Shown: positions 1 to 10,240, counted from the stretch's first letter. The stretch: 64,000 nucleotides of DNA from an uncultured Gemmatimonadales bacterium (GCA_963716255.1 OY970303.1:5952001-6016000); one strand, 5' to 3'. The notes: generated by a model not told the origin, from the letters alone. Program-made: numbers and translations.

Positions 1-5
1 GGGCC

Positions 6-21
6 CGGAACGGGACTTGCG
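6..21 (+). promoter_or_regulatory. putative sigma-54 (-24/-12) promoter
   Basis: CGGAACGGGACTTGC: GG-N10-GC with TTGC, ~75 bp upstream of the BON gene. Confidence 0.4.
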
Positions 22-95
22 CGCCGCGGACCGTCCCGGGCGCCCGCCGCGAGTGGCTGCGGCGGGACCCGTTCACCCGAGCGACGGAGGACCGC

Positions 96-995
96 ATGGC
101 CCGCTACGACCGCAACTACGACCGCGGCTACGGCGCCCGCCGCCCGCGGATCTGGGGCAGGGGGGAGGAATACTTCGAGTACGCCGAAGACGACGGCTGG
201 AGCGCCCAGGCGGGCGGGCGCGGCTGGCCCATGGGCGGCGGTGGCGGCTCGTACGGCGGCCGAGGGTACCTGGGCGGCGGCGGACAGGGCGCTGCGCGCG
301 GCTACGACCGGGGCTTCGGGCGGGGCTACGACCGCGACCGCGGCGTGTACGGCGGCGCGTACCCCGAGTTCGGCGGGGTCCCCGGATCCCGGCGCGAGGG
401 GATGCCCCCTGGCGGGCGGAGCGCCGGCGGGCTGCGGCACCCCGATACCCTGGGCGCGTGGCAGCCGCGTCCGTGGGGCGGGGGCGGCTGGGCGTACGAC
501 ACCGCGTTCCGGGGCGGCTTCGGGCGCGGGTACGACCGCGGCATGGGCCCGCGGCCCATGGCCCGCGGTGCGCGCCCCGGCGACTTCGCCCGCGAGACGT
601 TCATGCCCGAGGCAGCCTACCTGCGGCACCCCGAGTATGAGACGCCCTCCACCTACCACCCGGAGCGCTGGGAGCGACCGGGCGAGTACGCCGCTCCCCG
701 CGGGGAACCGCTCGGCGACGAGGAGATCCGGAGCGAGGTGCGGCAGCGCCTCCACCAGGACACCTGGCTCCAGGCCGACGAGATCGACGTCAGCGTCAGC
801 GGCGGCGTGGTCACCCTGCGCGGCGAGGTGCACGACTTCCTGGAGGCCCGCTACGCCTGGGACGACGCCTGGGAGACCGAGGGCGTGCGCGGCGTCATCA
901 ACCACCTGACCGTCCGCCCCGACGAGCCCGGCACCGAGCACCACGGCGACATGTTCGCCCAGGATACCGAGAGCAAGGGGGGCGGCAACGGCTGA
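96..995 (+). CDS. BON domain protein with long Gly/Arg/Tyr-rich low-complexity N-terminus
   Basis: GGAGG RBS; C-terminal DEEIRSEVRQRL...IDVSVSGGVVTLRGEV...EGVRGVINHLTV BON motif. Confidence 0.85.
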   Translation: MARYDRNYDRGYGARRPRIWGRGEEYFEYAEDDGWSAQAGGRGWPMGGGGGSYGGRGYLGGGGQGAARGYDRGFGRGYDRDRGVYGGAYPEFGGVPGSRREGMPPGGRSAGGLRHPDTLGAWQPRPWGGGGWAYDTAFRGGFGRGYDRGMGPRPMARGARPGDFARETFMPEAAYLRHPEYETPSTYHPERWERPGEYAAPRGEPLGDEEIRSEVRQRLHQDTWLQADEIDVSVSGGVVTLRGEVHDFLEARYAWDDAWETEGVRGVINHLTVRPDEPGTEHHGDMFAQDTESKGGGNG

Positions 996-1015
996 CGTTT
1001 TTCTTGGCTTCGGCG

Positions 1016-1219
1016 GGGCCGCTACGGAGCCCGGCGGTACTGCTGCCGGTCTCCTCCGCGGGCTCCGGGAGCCCCGGAAACAGCCCCGGGTCTCCCCTCG
1101 CCGGAGTGAGCCTCGCCAAACTGCCGGCGAGTCTCCCTCCGAACAGGATCATACGGGTACTGCGGAAACTGCGAACGGCAAAAGGCGCCCCCACCGATCT
1201 CCCGGTGGGGGCGCCTTTC
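1016..1219 (+). repeat. structured intergenic repeat family A, copy 1 (three hairpin units plus terminal terminator-like hairpin)
   Basis: aligns by eye to copies at 6178, 18943, 55316(-), 58469, 63401. Confidence 0.9.
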
Positions 1220-1273
1220 ACGTACTTCGTACTCCGTACTGCCGTTCACTTTCGCGCTCCCGCACTTCGTCCC

Positions 1274-1765
1274 TCAGTGCGCTTCTTCCGAGTCGTAGCC
1301 GTCCGCCATGGGGCGGTCGGGGGGCTCGTAGGCGGTGCCGTCCTCGATGGCGGCCTGCATGTCGCGGGTGCCGTACATCTCCGCGTCCAGGTCCTCCACC
1401 AGGTGGGCCGCCGTGTCGGACTGGCCGCCGAGGCGGCCGCCCAGCTGGTCGTCGAAGCCGGCTTCGTAGTCGGCCGCGTCGTCCGCGGCCTCGGGGACGT
1501 CGCCGCGCACCAGCTCGTCCACCACCAGCTCGTTGGAGAAGTTGGCGATCCCCATCTGCTCCACGATGATCTTTTCCACCACCTGCTTCTCCGAGTCCGT
1601 CCCCACCCGGCCGGAGACCGTCACGGAGCCGTCCTTCACCGCCACCTCGATCCACCCCGCGTCCAGCGTCGGGTCGTCGTTCAGCTGCTGGAGGACGACG
1701 TCGTAGACCTCGTCGTCCGTCATGTTCTCGAAGTCGAAGAAGAGCTCGTCGAAGTCCTGGGCCAT
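1274..1765 (-). CDS. acidic BON domain protein
   Basis: GGAGG then MAQDFDELF...; IEVAVKDGSVTVSGRV BON motif. Confidence 0.8.
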   Translation of the reverse strand: MAQDFDELFFDFENMTDDEVYDVVLQQLNDDPTLDAGWIEVAVKDGSVTVSGRVGTDSEKQVVEKIIVEQMGIANFSNELVVDELVRGDVPEAADDAADYEAGFDDQLGGRLGGQSDTAAHLVEDLDAEMYGTRDMQAAIEDGTAYEPPDRPMADGYDSEEAH

Positions 1766-1782
1766 CGAGGCCTCCATTGCGG

Positions 1783-2496
1783 TCAGAAGTGGAGCGCCGC
1801 CCCGATGCTGACGGAGAAGTTGTGCGTCCACTCGGAGATCTTGGTCTCGCCGGCCAAATTGGCGATCTGCGTCGGCGCCTCGATCTTCCAGAAGTGGTCT
1901 CTCCCCTCCAGCCTCACCGACAGGCGGCGGGTCGGAAACCAGTCCGTCCCGGCGCCGAAGCCCAATGCAAACGAGGGGCCGAAGTCGTAGCGCGCCGTTT
2001 CCGCGATGTCGTCCTCCAGCTCCGAGCCGCGGGCGATGTCCGTCGCCAGCCCGCCCGAGGCCGCCACGAAGGGAGCCAGGCCGTTCCAGGTCCGCGGCCC
2101 CGTCAGGTGGAAGACGATCCCCCCCTCGCCCATGAGCAGCGCGACGCTCTCCTCGCCCACCTCCACGGGGACGGACAGGTCCGGGTTGGTCTCGTCGGTG
2201 GGGGCGTACACCCTGCGCTCGGTGGGGCTGAAGCCCACCCGCACCTCGCCGGAGAGCGGCCCGCCGAAGCGGATCTGGTAGCGCGCCGTCACCAGCGGGC
2301 CGGACTGCGGCCCGAACTCGATCTGCTCGTCGTTGATCTCCACCGCCGAGCTGGTGAACAGGTACCCGGCGGAGATCCCCACCGACTGCTTGGGGTCGAT
2401 GTAGCGGATGGGGGAGGGAATCGCCTGCGCCCGGAGGGCGGACCCGCACCCGAGCAGGGCGCCGAGGGCGAGGGCCGCGATGAGCGTGCGTCGCAT
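1783..2496 (-). CDS. outer membrane beta-barrel protein
   Basis: signal peptide, amphipathic strands, C-terminal ...IGAALHF. Confidence 0.7.
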   Translation of the reverse strand: MRRTLIAALALGALLGCGSALRAQAIPSPIRYIDPKQSVGISAGYLFTSSAVEINDEQIEFGPQSGPLVTARYQIRFGGPLSGEVRVGFSPTERRVYAPTDETNPDLSVPVEVGEESVALLMGEGGIVFHLTGPRTWNGLAPFVAASGGLATDIARGSELEDDIAETARYDFGPSFALGFGAGTDWFPTRRLSVRLEGRDHFWKIEAPTQIANLAGETKISEWTHNFSVSIGAALHF

Positions 2497-2644
2497 GGTC
2501 TTCTTGTATGTGCGTGGTCGGCGTCCGCCCGCGGGCGGCGCCGGAAGTCTGACGGTCCCGGACGGGGTGCGTCCGGGACCGTTGTAACGTCGCGAAGCTA
2601 GTCTTTGTTCCCCCGCGCACGCAAGCCGCGCGCGGGGCGCCGGG

Positions 2645-4258
2645 CTAGCGGGCGCGTCGCAGGTCGCGGCCGGTCATCTCCGCCGGCTGCGGAACGCCCA
2701 GCAGACCCAGGATGGTGGGCGCCACGTCGCAGAGCGCGCCGGGCTCCAGCCCCGCCGCCGTGCGCCGCCCTTCCGGCTCCGCCAGGACGATCCCCACCGG
2801 ATTGGTGGTGTGGGCGGTGTGGGGGCCGTTGGTGGTGGGATCCCACATCTGCTCGCAGTTGCCGTGGTCCGCGGTGACGATCAGCGTGGTGTCCGTTTCT
2901 CGGCACGCCCGCAGCACGTCGCCCAGGCAGGCGTCCACCGTTTCCACGGCGCGGATCGCCGCCTCCAGCACGCCGGTGTGCCCCACCATGTCCGGGTTGG
3001 CGAAGTTGCACACCAGCACGTCGTGGCGCCGCGAGCGGATCGCCTCCACCAGCCCCTCCGCCACCGCGGGCGCGCTCATCTCCGGCTGCAGGTCGTACGT
3101 CGCCACCCTGGGCGAGGGGACCATGCGGCGCTCCTCGCCGGCGGGCGCTTCCTCCTCGCCCCCGTTGAAGAAGTAGGTGACGTGCGGGTACTTTTCCGTT
3201 TCCGCGGTGCGGAAGCCGGCGAGGCCGTGCGCCTCCAGCACCTCGGCCAGGATGTTGTCCATGGGCTGCGGGGGGAACGCCGCGGGGAGGGGGAACTCCT
3301 CGTCGTACTGCGTCATGGTGACCACCCGCACCCGCGGGTGCCCCGGCCCCCGGTCGAAGTCCGCGAACTCCGGGTCGGCGAGGGCGCGCGTCATCTGCCG
3401 GGCGCGGTCCGAGCGGAAGTTGAAGAAGATCACCCCGTCGCCGTCCCGGATCCGTCCCACCGGCTCGCCGGCCGCGTCCACCACCACCCGCGGCCGCACG
3501 AACTCGTCCGTCTCCCCCGCGGCGTACGCCTCCGCCACGGCGGCCACCGGGTCCGCCACCGGGACGCCGTCGCCGTACACCATCGCCCGGTACGCCTTCT
3601 CGGTGCGGTCCCAGCGACGGTCGCGGTCCATGGCCCAGTAGCGCCCGGTCACCGTGGCGATGGCGCACGCGAGGCCGTGGCCGGCGCGCCCGGCGAGCTC
3701 CGTCAGGTAGTCGCGCGCCGACTGCGGCGGGGTGTCGCGCCCGTCCAGGAAGGCGTGCACCCGCACCCGGGGGAGCCCGTGCCGCTCCGCCATCTCGCAG
3801 AGCGCCAGCAGGTGCGAGTCCACCGCGTGCACCCCGCCCGGCCCGATCAGCCCCATCAGGTGCAGCGTCCCCCCGCTCGCCTTCACCTCCCCGATCAGCT
3901 CCCCGAACGCCGGGATGCTCGCGAACTCGCCGCTCTCGATCGCGCGGGAGATGCGCAGCAGCGACTGCATCACCACCCGCCCCGCGCCCAGGTTCATGTG
4001 CCCCACCTCGGAGTTGCCCATCTGCCCCTCCGGGAGCCCCACCGCCGGGCCGTGGGTGGCCAGGGTGGCGCGCGGGTGCTCGCCGCCCTCCCACAGCCGG
4101 CGCCAGGTGGGCGCGTCGGCGCGGGTGACCGCGTTGTCGTCCGCCGGCTCGCGGAGCCCCCAGCCGTCCAGGATCACAAGCGCCACGCGCGGCCGGGAGG
4201 CGGCGCCGGACCCGGCGCTCGGGGCGTTCTCGGAGGGCGGGGACGGCTGCTCTTGCAT
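2645..4258 (-). CDS. gpmI: 2,3-bisphosphoglycerate-independent phosphoglycerate mutase
   Basis: LVILDGWG, GQMGNSEVGH, AETEKYPHVTYFFNGG, NFANPDMVGHTG, TADHGN. Confidence 0.97.
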   Translation of the reverse strand: MQEQPSPPSENAPSAGSGAASRPRVALVILDGWGLREPADDNAVTRADAPTWRRLWEGGEHPRATLATHGPAVGLPEGQMGNSEVGHMNLGAGRVVMQSLLRISRAIESGEFASIPAFGELIGEVKASGGTLHLMGLIGPGGVHAVDSHLLALCEMAERHGLPRVRVHAFLDGRDTPPQSARDYLTELAGRAGHGLACAIATVTGRYWAMDRDRRWDRTEKAYRAMVYGDGVPVADPVAAVAEAYAAGETDEFVRPRVVVDAAGEPVGRIRDGDGVIFFNFRSDRARQMTRALADPEFADFDRGPGHPRVRVVTMTQYDEEFPLPAAFPPQPMDNILAEVLEAHGLAGFRTAETEKYPHVTYFFNGGEEEAPAGEERRMVPSPRVATYDLQPEMSAPAVAEGLVEAIRSRRHDVLVCNFANPDMVGHTGVLEAAIRAVETVDACLGDVLRACRETDTTLIVTADHGNCEQMWDPTTNGPHTAHTTNPVGIVLAEPEGRRTAAGLEPGALCDVAPTILGLLGVPQPAEMTGRDLRRAR

Positions 4259-4361
4259 GGCGCGCGAGGGGGGAAGCAGGCGAAGGGTCGGTTGACAGAG
4301 GGCGGGGCCCTGCCTACACTGGACTGTACCGCCGCGAGAATCTACACGCCCCCGCGGGGGC

Positions 4362-4961
4362 GTGCCACCCCGAAGGAACCCCCCGGTGCGGTCCCTGAAG
4401 CTCCCGTTTTTCCTGCTCCTCGTGGCGCAGGCCGCGACCGCCGTTCCCGCCCGCGCGCAGGCCGCGCCCGCGAAGCCGGCCGCCGCGCCCGCCGCGCGCG
4501 TGGTCCTCCAGGCCGCGCCGGACGGCGACACGCTCGCCGTGCTCCCCGCGGGGACGCGGGTGCAGGCGCTGGGGCGGCGGGGGGAGTGGACGCGGGTGCG
4601 CGTGGAGGGGTGGACGCGCTCGCCGGTCCCCGGCGCCCCGGCGGCGGGGCTCACCCCCTCGCTGCTGCGCGCCGAGCCGGAGGCGCACCGCGGGCAGAGC
4701 GTCGCCTGGTCGGCGCGCTTCCTGGCGCTGCAGCGCGCCGACCCGGTCCGCACCGACTTCACCCCCGGCGAGCTGTACGTGCTGGCGCGCGACCCGAACG
4801 AAGAGGCCGGCTTCGTGTACATCGCGGTGACGCCCGAGCAGGCGCTCGCCGTGCGGCGCCTGCTTCCCATGCAGAAGTTCACCTTCGTGGCGCGCGTCCG
4901 CCACGGGGCCTCGCCGCTGATGGGCCACCCCGTCCTGGAGCTGGTGGAGCTTCGCCCCTGA
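4362..4961 (+). CDS. secreted SH3-like domain protein
   Basis: signal-like N-terminus; AVLPAGTRVQALGRRGEWTRVRVEGW resembles bacterial SH3; start uncertain. Confidence 0.6.
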   Translation: MPPRRNPPVRSLKLPFFLLLVAQAATAVPARAQAAPAKPAAAPAARVVLQAAPDGDTLAVLPAGTRVQALGRRGEWTRVRVEGWTRSPVPGAPAAGLTPSLLRAEPEAHRGQSVAWSARFLALQRADPVRTDFTPGELYVLARDPNEEAGFVYIAVTPEQALAVRRLLPMQKFTFVARVRHGASPLMGHPVLELVELRP

Positions 4962-5017
4962 CCTCCGCTCCGTCCCGCACCGCCGATCCGCCGCCGTACC
5001 CCAACGCAGGAGCCCCG

Positions 5018-6091
5018 ATGCCCCGTTTCCGTCCCCTGCCCGGTCTCGCCGCGTCCGTCGCCGCCGCGCTCGCGCTGGGCGCCGCCCCCGGCCTCGCCGC
5101 CGCCGGCGCGCCCGTCTCCGCTTCGCGCTCCACCGCTTCCGACTCGCTGAAGCCCGTCGTGGTGCGCGTCGCGCCCCGCGCCTTCGGGCGGAGCGGCGCC
5201 CTGCGCGTGGCCATCGCGGACCCGGCGCAGCCGCTGGAGCTGCCGCTGCTGTGGGAGGGCTCCACGCAGGCGCCCGCCACGTACGCGTGGAGCCCGCTGG
5301 CGGGGACGCAGGTGGCGCCGAGCGGGCCCCGGCTGCTGGGATCGCCGGTGGGCGCGGGCCGGCTGGCGGGCGAGCCCATCGCCGGGAACACGGTGAGCGC
5401 CCCCGCGGGCTCCGGCGCCTGGCGCCTGCTGCTCCGCGGCGAGGGGTGGAGCCAGGAAGTGGCGGATCTGACGGTGCTGACGCGCGTTCCCTTCGCCGCC
5501 AAGCGCGCCGGGTACGTCAACGGCTACTTCCTGGGGAGCTGGTCCACCGAGGGGAGCGGCCGCGTGGACAGCTACGCGCCGCCGGCCGGCTTCATCGAGG
5601 TGACGCCCGAAAACCAGGACCTGCAGGTGTCCGAGCACTTCCGGCTGCGCAACTTCCTCACCAAGAACCAGTTCGCCGTGTGGCCCAAGTACGTCGCGCT
5701 GGACCTGCGGCTCATCGACAAGCTGGAGCTGGTGATGCAGGAGCTGCGCGCCATGGGGATGCGCGCCGACCACATGGCGGTGATGAGCGGCTTCCGCACC
5801 CCATCGTACAACCAGGAGGGGGTGGGCGAGGGCGGCCGGGCGCAGCTCTCCCGCCACACCTACGGCGACGCGTCGGACGTGTGGGTGGACAGCGACCAGG
5901 ACAACTACATCGACGACCTCAACCAGGACGGCCGCCGCGACGTGCACGACGCCGAGGTGATGCTGCGCGCCGTGGAGCGGGTGGAGGCGCGGCACCCGGA
6001 GCTGATCGGCGGGGCGGGGGTGTACCTGGAGAACGGCGCCCACGGGCCGTTCATCCACATCGACGTTCGGGGGTCGCGGTCGCGCTGGTAG
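5018..6091 (+). CDS. peptidase M15A family (D-Ala-D-Ala carboxypeptidase-like metallohydrolase), secreted
   Basis: SGFRTPSYN...SRHTYGDASD...FIHIDVRG. Confidence 0.85.
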   Translation: MPRFRPLPGLAASVAAALALGAAPGLAAAGAPVSASRSTASDSLKPVVVRVAPRAFGRSGALRVAIADPAQPLELPLLWEGSTQAPATYAWSPLAGTQVAPSGPRLLGSPVGAGRLAGEPIAGNTVSAPAGSGAWRLLLRGEGWSQEVADLTVLTRVPFAAKRAGYVNGYFLGSWSTEGSGRVDSYAPPAGFIEVTPENQDLQVSEHFRLRNFLTKNQFAVWPKYVALDLRLIDKLELVMQELRAMGMRADHMAVMSGFRTPSYNQEGVGEGGRAQLSRHTYGDASDVWVDSDQDNYIDDLNQDGRRDVHDAEVMLRAVERVEARHPELIGGAGVYLENGAHGPFIHIDVRGSRSRW

Positions 6092-6177
6092 CGGGGTTCT
6101 TTCGATCTTTGGTCGGTTGCGGGAGCCTGTCCGGTGGGTCGTCGGGCGGGCTCCTGTGTGTTTCTGCGGGGATTGGT

Positions 6178-6342
6178 GGGCCGCTACGGAGCCGGACGAT
6201 ACTGCCGTCCGTCTCCTCCGCGGGCTCGGCGAGCCCCCGCAAACAGCCGCGGGGTCTCACCTCGCCGGAGTGAGCCTCGCCAAACTGCCGGCGAGTCTCC
6301 CTCCGTACCGGATCATGTGGGTACTGCAGAACTGCGAACCGC
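6178..6342 (+). repeat. repeat family A, copy 2
   Basis: GGGCCGCTACGGAG start, three GAG-C-stem-loop-stem-T-CTC units, GGGTACTGC tail. Confidence 0.9.
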
Positions 6343-6568
6343 ACCCGTACCGCGAGGTCCCCTGTCGGTGCCGTGGCGTGCTTCGTTCCGCCGTTCACGT
6401 TCGCACTCGTGCTTCCCGCGGCGCGTGCCTTGCGGCCACCGTGGAGCCCCCCGCGGCGATGCGTCGTCGGATGAATCTTTTTGCGGCGACGGTCGTATCA
6501 GAGGGACGTAGGCGGGCCGGATCCATCCAACTTCGAATCGACGCCGCGCGGCGCGGCGGGAGCCGATA

Positions 6569-7426
6569 ATGTACTGTTCCACCTGTGGGGCCCACGTGCC
6601 GGCGGGACGCGCGCACTGCACCACCTGCGGCTCGTCCGTGAATGGTGCGTCGAACGGCGCCCAGCCGGGGTACGGCGTGCAGCCCGGGTACGGGGCGCAG
6701 CCCGCGTACAACGCGCAGCCGGCGTACGCGCCTGCCGCGCGGCCGGGCGGACAGGTGCAGCCCGCGCTGGTGGGGCACACCTGCCCGCGCTGCGGATACG
6801 TGGGGGAGGGGGTGTCCTACTTCTCCAAGGGGTCGCACATCGCGGGGCTCGTGGCGCTGGGGATGATCAGCTGGCTGGTGTTCAGCCTGGTCTACTTCCT
6901 TTCCTTCCACAACCACACCATCTGCCCCCGCTGCGGCAAGGACTGGGGGCACCAGAGGGACTACCCGCGCATCGGGAGCGGCGGGGTGCAGCCGGCGGTG
7001 GTGTCGTCCGGGCGCGCCTCGGTGGCGAACGGCTTCTCCATCGCCCTGTTCCTGTTCGCGGCCCTCATGATGGTGGTGGCGGTGGGAGCCGGCGAGGTCC
7101 TGCCGGCGATGTTCGGGCTGGCGGCGGCGGGCGGGGGGGCGGGGCTGCAGACCATTGCGCGCAGGGAGCGCGAGGCGCGCCGGGCGGCGCTGCTCTCCAA
7201 CCTGCAGCTGCCGGTGCTGGCGCTCGCGGCGGAGCGGCGCGGGCGGCTGACGGTGACGGAAACGGCGGCGGCGCTGGGGTGGCCGCTGCCGCGCGCGGAA
7301 AAGGTGCTGAACTCGCTGGAGGACGGGCTGCGGGTGAACTCGGAGGTGACGGAGGAGGGGGTGATCGTGTACGAGTTCCGGGAGCTGGCGCACGGGGGGC
7401 GGACGCTCCCGCCCCCGGTGGCGTAG
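6569..7426 (+). CDS. zinc-ribbon membrane protein
   Basis: four CxxC motifs, hydrophobic segments, 4x (A/V)QP(G/A)Y repeat. Confidence 0.7.
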   Translation: MYCSTCGAHVPAGRAHCTTCGSSVNGASNGAQPGYGVQPGYGAQPAYNAQPAYAPAARPGGQVQPALVGHTCPRCGYVGEGVSYFSKGSHIAGLVALGMISWLVFSLVYFLSFHNHTICPRCGKDWGHQRDYPRIGSGGVQPAVVSSGRASVANGFSIALFLFAALMMVVAVGAGEVLPAMFGLAAAGGGAGLQTIARREREARRAALLSNLQLPVLALAAERRGRLTVTETAAALGWPLPRAEKVLNSLEDGLRVNSEVTEEGVIVYEFRELAHGGRTLPPPVA

Positions 7427-7444
7427 GCGCCCCGGGCGCCGGGG

Positions 7445-8362
7445 TCAGGGGGCCAGGTCGCCCTCTTCGACCCCGGTGCTGCCGGCGCGCTTGACGCGCC
7501 CCTTCAGCTCCGCGACGCGCTCTCCCAGGTGGTCCAGGGAGATCCAGCGCGCGGGGTCCACGCGGAGGACGGCGGCGGAAAGACGCGGGAGCGCGAACTC
7601 CCGGGTCCTTCCCTCGCGGTCCTCCGCGCGGTACTTTCCGGAACGGACGGCGTCGTCGGGGAGGTAGCGCACCAGCCGCTCGGCGAACTCCGTCTGCACC
7701 TGCCGGGCGAGCTCCGGGGTGCGCTCCTGCTCCGCCAGCAGGACGAAGTCGTCGCCGCCCACGTGGCCCACGAACACCCCCGGCTCCTCCCCCGCCTCGT
7801 GGAGGATGCGCCCGGCCTCCTGGATGGCCATGTCGGCCACCGCGAAGCCGAAGCGGTCGGAGAAGGGCTTGAAGTTGTCCAGGTCCAGGTAGCACACGGA
7901 AAACGGCTTCCCCCGGTCGCGGCAGCGCAGGATCTCGGCGTGGATGGACTCGCCGCCGGGGAGCCCGGTGGTGGGGTTGCGCTCCAGCGACTGCCGCGAC
8001 AGGCGAAGCAGGGCCCGCACGCGCGCCACCAGCTCGCGCGGGTCGAAGGGCTTGCCCAGGTAGTCGTCGGCCCCGGCGTCGAACCCCTCCAGCCGGTTCT
8101 CCAGGCGCCCCTCGCCGGTGAGGATCAGCACGGGAAGGAAGCTGAGCCGCGGGTCGGCCTTGACCTCGCGGCACACCTCGAAGCCGTCCGGCTTCCCCAT
8201 GCGGTAGTCCAGGAGGAGCAGGTCGGGCGCGCGGCGCCGCACCTCCACCAGCGCCGCGCTGCCGCTTTCCACGGCGCGCACGGCGAAGCCCGCCGCCCGC
8301 AGCGTCGCCGCGATCATCTCCCGGAACGAGCTGTCGTCGTCCGCCAGCAGGATCTCGCTCAT
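7445..8362 (-). CDS. response regulator with diguanylate-cyclase (GGDEF-type) output
   Basis: ILLADDD/PDLLLLD/KPF receiver; DLDNFK...GGDDF. Confidence 0.9.
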   Translation of the reverse strand: MSEILLADDDSSFREMIAATLRAAGFAVRAVESGSAALVEVRRRAPDLLLLDYRMGKPDGFEVCREVKADPRLSFLPVLILTGEGRLENRLEGFDAGADDYLGKPFDPRELVARVRALLRLSRQSLERNPTTGLPGGESIHAEILRCRDRGKPFSVCYLDLDNFKPFSDRFGFAVADMAIQEAGRILHEAGEEPGVFVGHVGGDDFVLLAEQERTPELARQVQTEFAERLVRYLPDDAVRSGKYRAEDREGRTREFALPRLSAAVLRVDPARWISLDHLGERVAELKGRVKRAGSTGVEEGDLAP

Positions 8363-8381
8363 CTTCCCCACGTACGGAATC

Positions 8382-9932
8382 GTGATCCCGGCTTCACCAC
8401 TCCCGTTCCCCGGCGCCGCGAGGCTTCCGCGCGCTGCGCGCGCCGCGGCGCTCCTGCTCGCCCTGGGCGCGGCCGCGCTCCCGGCGCATGCGCAGCAAGG
8501 TACGTCTGCGCCTGCCTCCGTGTCCACCCGCGCGGGCGACGCGTCGGCGTCGGCGCTGGCGCGCCGCATCGAGACCGTGGTGGACCGGGCCCCCTTCGAC
8601 CGGGCGCACTGGGGGATCGAGGTGTGGGACCCGTCCACGGGCGAGCCCATCTACCGGCGCGACGCGGACCGTCACTTCGTCCCCGCGTCCAACCTCAAGC
8701 TGGTGGTGTCCGCCGCCGCGGCGCACCTCCTGGGCCCGGACTTCCGCTACCGGACCACGGTGTACGCGGGCGGCCCCGTGCAGGGCGGAGCGCTCCAGGG
8801 CGACGTGGTCCTCTTCGGCCGCGGCGATCCCACGATCTCGGGGCGCTACTTCGCCTCTGCGACGGCGGTGCTGGACTCGCTGGCGGACGTGCTGTACCGC
8901 CAGGGGGTGCGGCGCGTGGCCGGCGTCACGGCGGACGAGAGCCACTTCGACGCGGCGCACCTGCGCGAGGACTGGGAGCGCTACGACCTGCTCTGGTGGT
9001 ACGCGGCGCCGGTGGGCGCGCTGGGGTTCAACGACAACTCCATCGACTTCCGCGTGGAGCCCGGGGCGCAGCCCGGCGATGCGGCGCGCGTCACCGGCTC
9101 GCCGGCGAGCGCCTTCTGGCAGCTGGAAAACCGCGCCCGCACCGTGGCGCGCGGGAGGGCGCAGACGCTGGACTTCGAGCGGGTGCCCGGGACCAACCGC
9201 ATCCTGGCCTACGGCGAGATCCCCCGCGGCGCCGCCGCTTCCACGGAGTACGTGGCGGTGGTGGACCCGGCGCGGGTCGTGGGCACGGTGTTCCGCGAGG
9301 CGCTGGAGCGCCGCGGGATCCGCGTGGACCGCGCGGAGGTGCGGGTGGTCTCGGACCCGGCGCAGTCGCGCGCGGCCGGGTCCCCGGTGCTGGCGGAGCA
9401 CGTGTCGCCGCCGCTGCCGCAGGTGATCGGGCCCATCCTGGGGAGCAGCCAGAACTGGTTCGCGGAATTGCTGGTGAAGACGCTGGGCCGCGAGATGAAG
9501 GGCGAGGGGAGCTGGAGCGCGGGGCTGGCGGTGGAGCGCGAGTTCCTGGAGCAGGTGGTGGGCGTCGATTCCGCGGCGTTCGTGCTGCGCGACGGCTCCG
9601 GCCTGTCGTCGGGAAACCTGGTCACCCCGGAGATGCTGGTGAAGCTGCTCGCGTGGGCGCGCACCGCGCCCCGCGGCGCCCTGGTGCGCGACGCGCTGCC
9701 GGTGTCCGGCCGCTCCGGCTCCCTCAGGTCGCGCCTCACCGACCTCCCCGGCCGGGTGGCCGCCAAGACCGGCTATATCGGCAACGTGGACTCGCTGAGC
9801 GGCTACGTGACGCTCGCCGACGGGCGCGTGGTGGTGTTCAGCGTGATCGCCAACGCGTCCGGGCTGCCCTCGTCGCGGATGAAGGGCGCCATCGACGACG
9901 TGGTGCGCGCCATCGCCTCGTACGGCCGCTGA
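8382..9932 (+). CDS. dacB: D-alanyl-D-alanine carboxypeptidase/endopeptidase (PBP4, S13)
   Basis: PASNLK (SxxK), SQN (SxN), DGSGLS, AKTG. Confidence 0.92.
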   Translation: MIPASPLPFPGAARLPRAARAAALLLALGAAALPAHAQQGTSAPASVSTRAGDASASALARRIETVVDRAPFDRAHWGIEVWDPSTGEPIYRRDADRHFVPASNLKLVVSAAAAHLLGPDFRYRTTVYAGGPVQGGALQGDVVLFGRGDPTISGRYFASATAVLDSLADVLYRQGVRRVAGVTADESHFDAAHLREDWERYDLLWWYAAPVGALGFNDNSIDFRVEPGAQPGDAARVTGSPASAFWQLENRARTVARGRAQTLDFERVPGTNRILAYGEIPRGAAASTEYVAVVDPARVVGTVFREALERRGIRVDRAEVRVVSDPAQSRAAGSPVLAEHVSPPLPQVIGPILGSSQNWFAELLVKTLGREMKGEGSWSAGLAVEREFLEQVVGVDSAAFVLRDGSGLSSGNLVTPEMLVKLLAWARTAPRGALVRDALPVSGRSGSLRSRLTDLPGRVAAKTGYIGNVDSLSGYVTLADGRVVVFSVIANASGLPSSRMKGAIDDVVRAIASYGR

Positions 9933-10009
9933 TCCGCCTCCTCCTGTCTCTCGCGGCTGGCAGAGTTCCACGACGACCCGCTTCGGCAGGCTCCGGGTAT
10001 GGGGTCGGC

Positions 10010-10108
10010 CAGGGGAGGCTGCTCCGTCGGTGCGAACTCGCCGAGGACCGGAGCGAGCCTTCGATACCTGTTGGCTCGGACATACGCTCTCCTGCGCAGC
10101 CTCCCCTG
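10010..10108 (+). other. single-copy multibranch inverted-repeat structure
   Basis: perfect 13-bp IR CAGGGGAGGCTGC/GCAGCCTCCCCTG enclosing two inner hairpins. Confidence 0.6.
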
Positions 10109-10154
10109 ACCTCCCTGCGCAGATCCCAACGGCAACAACCCGACCTTCGACCAG

Positions 10155-10240
10155 CCCTCCCCCAGAATGGCGCTTCACGCTTCGCGTGAACCGTATGAAG
10201 GGGGAGGGTGGCGAGCCTCAAGCGAGCCGGGTGGGGGCCC
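10155..10240. repeat. repeat module D (CCCTCCCC...GGGGAGGG hairpin plus GGCGAGC...GCGAGCCGGGTGGGGG)
   Basis: related modules at ~14607, 16188, 19113, 34957, 46856, 48731, 52597, 55249. Confidence 0.8.

Noticed and set aside
1016..1180. Family A read as a mini-CRISPR array
   Set aside because: Variable parts are self-complementary stems reused between loci, not unique spacers; no cas genes.
6658..6730. 18-bp tandem repeat
   Set aside because: In-frame coding linker (xQPxYx)4; ordinary.
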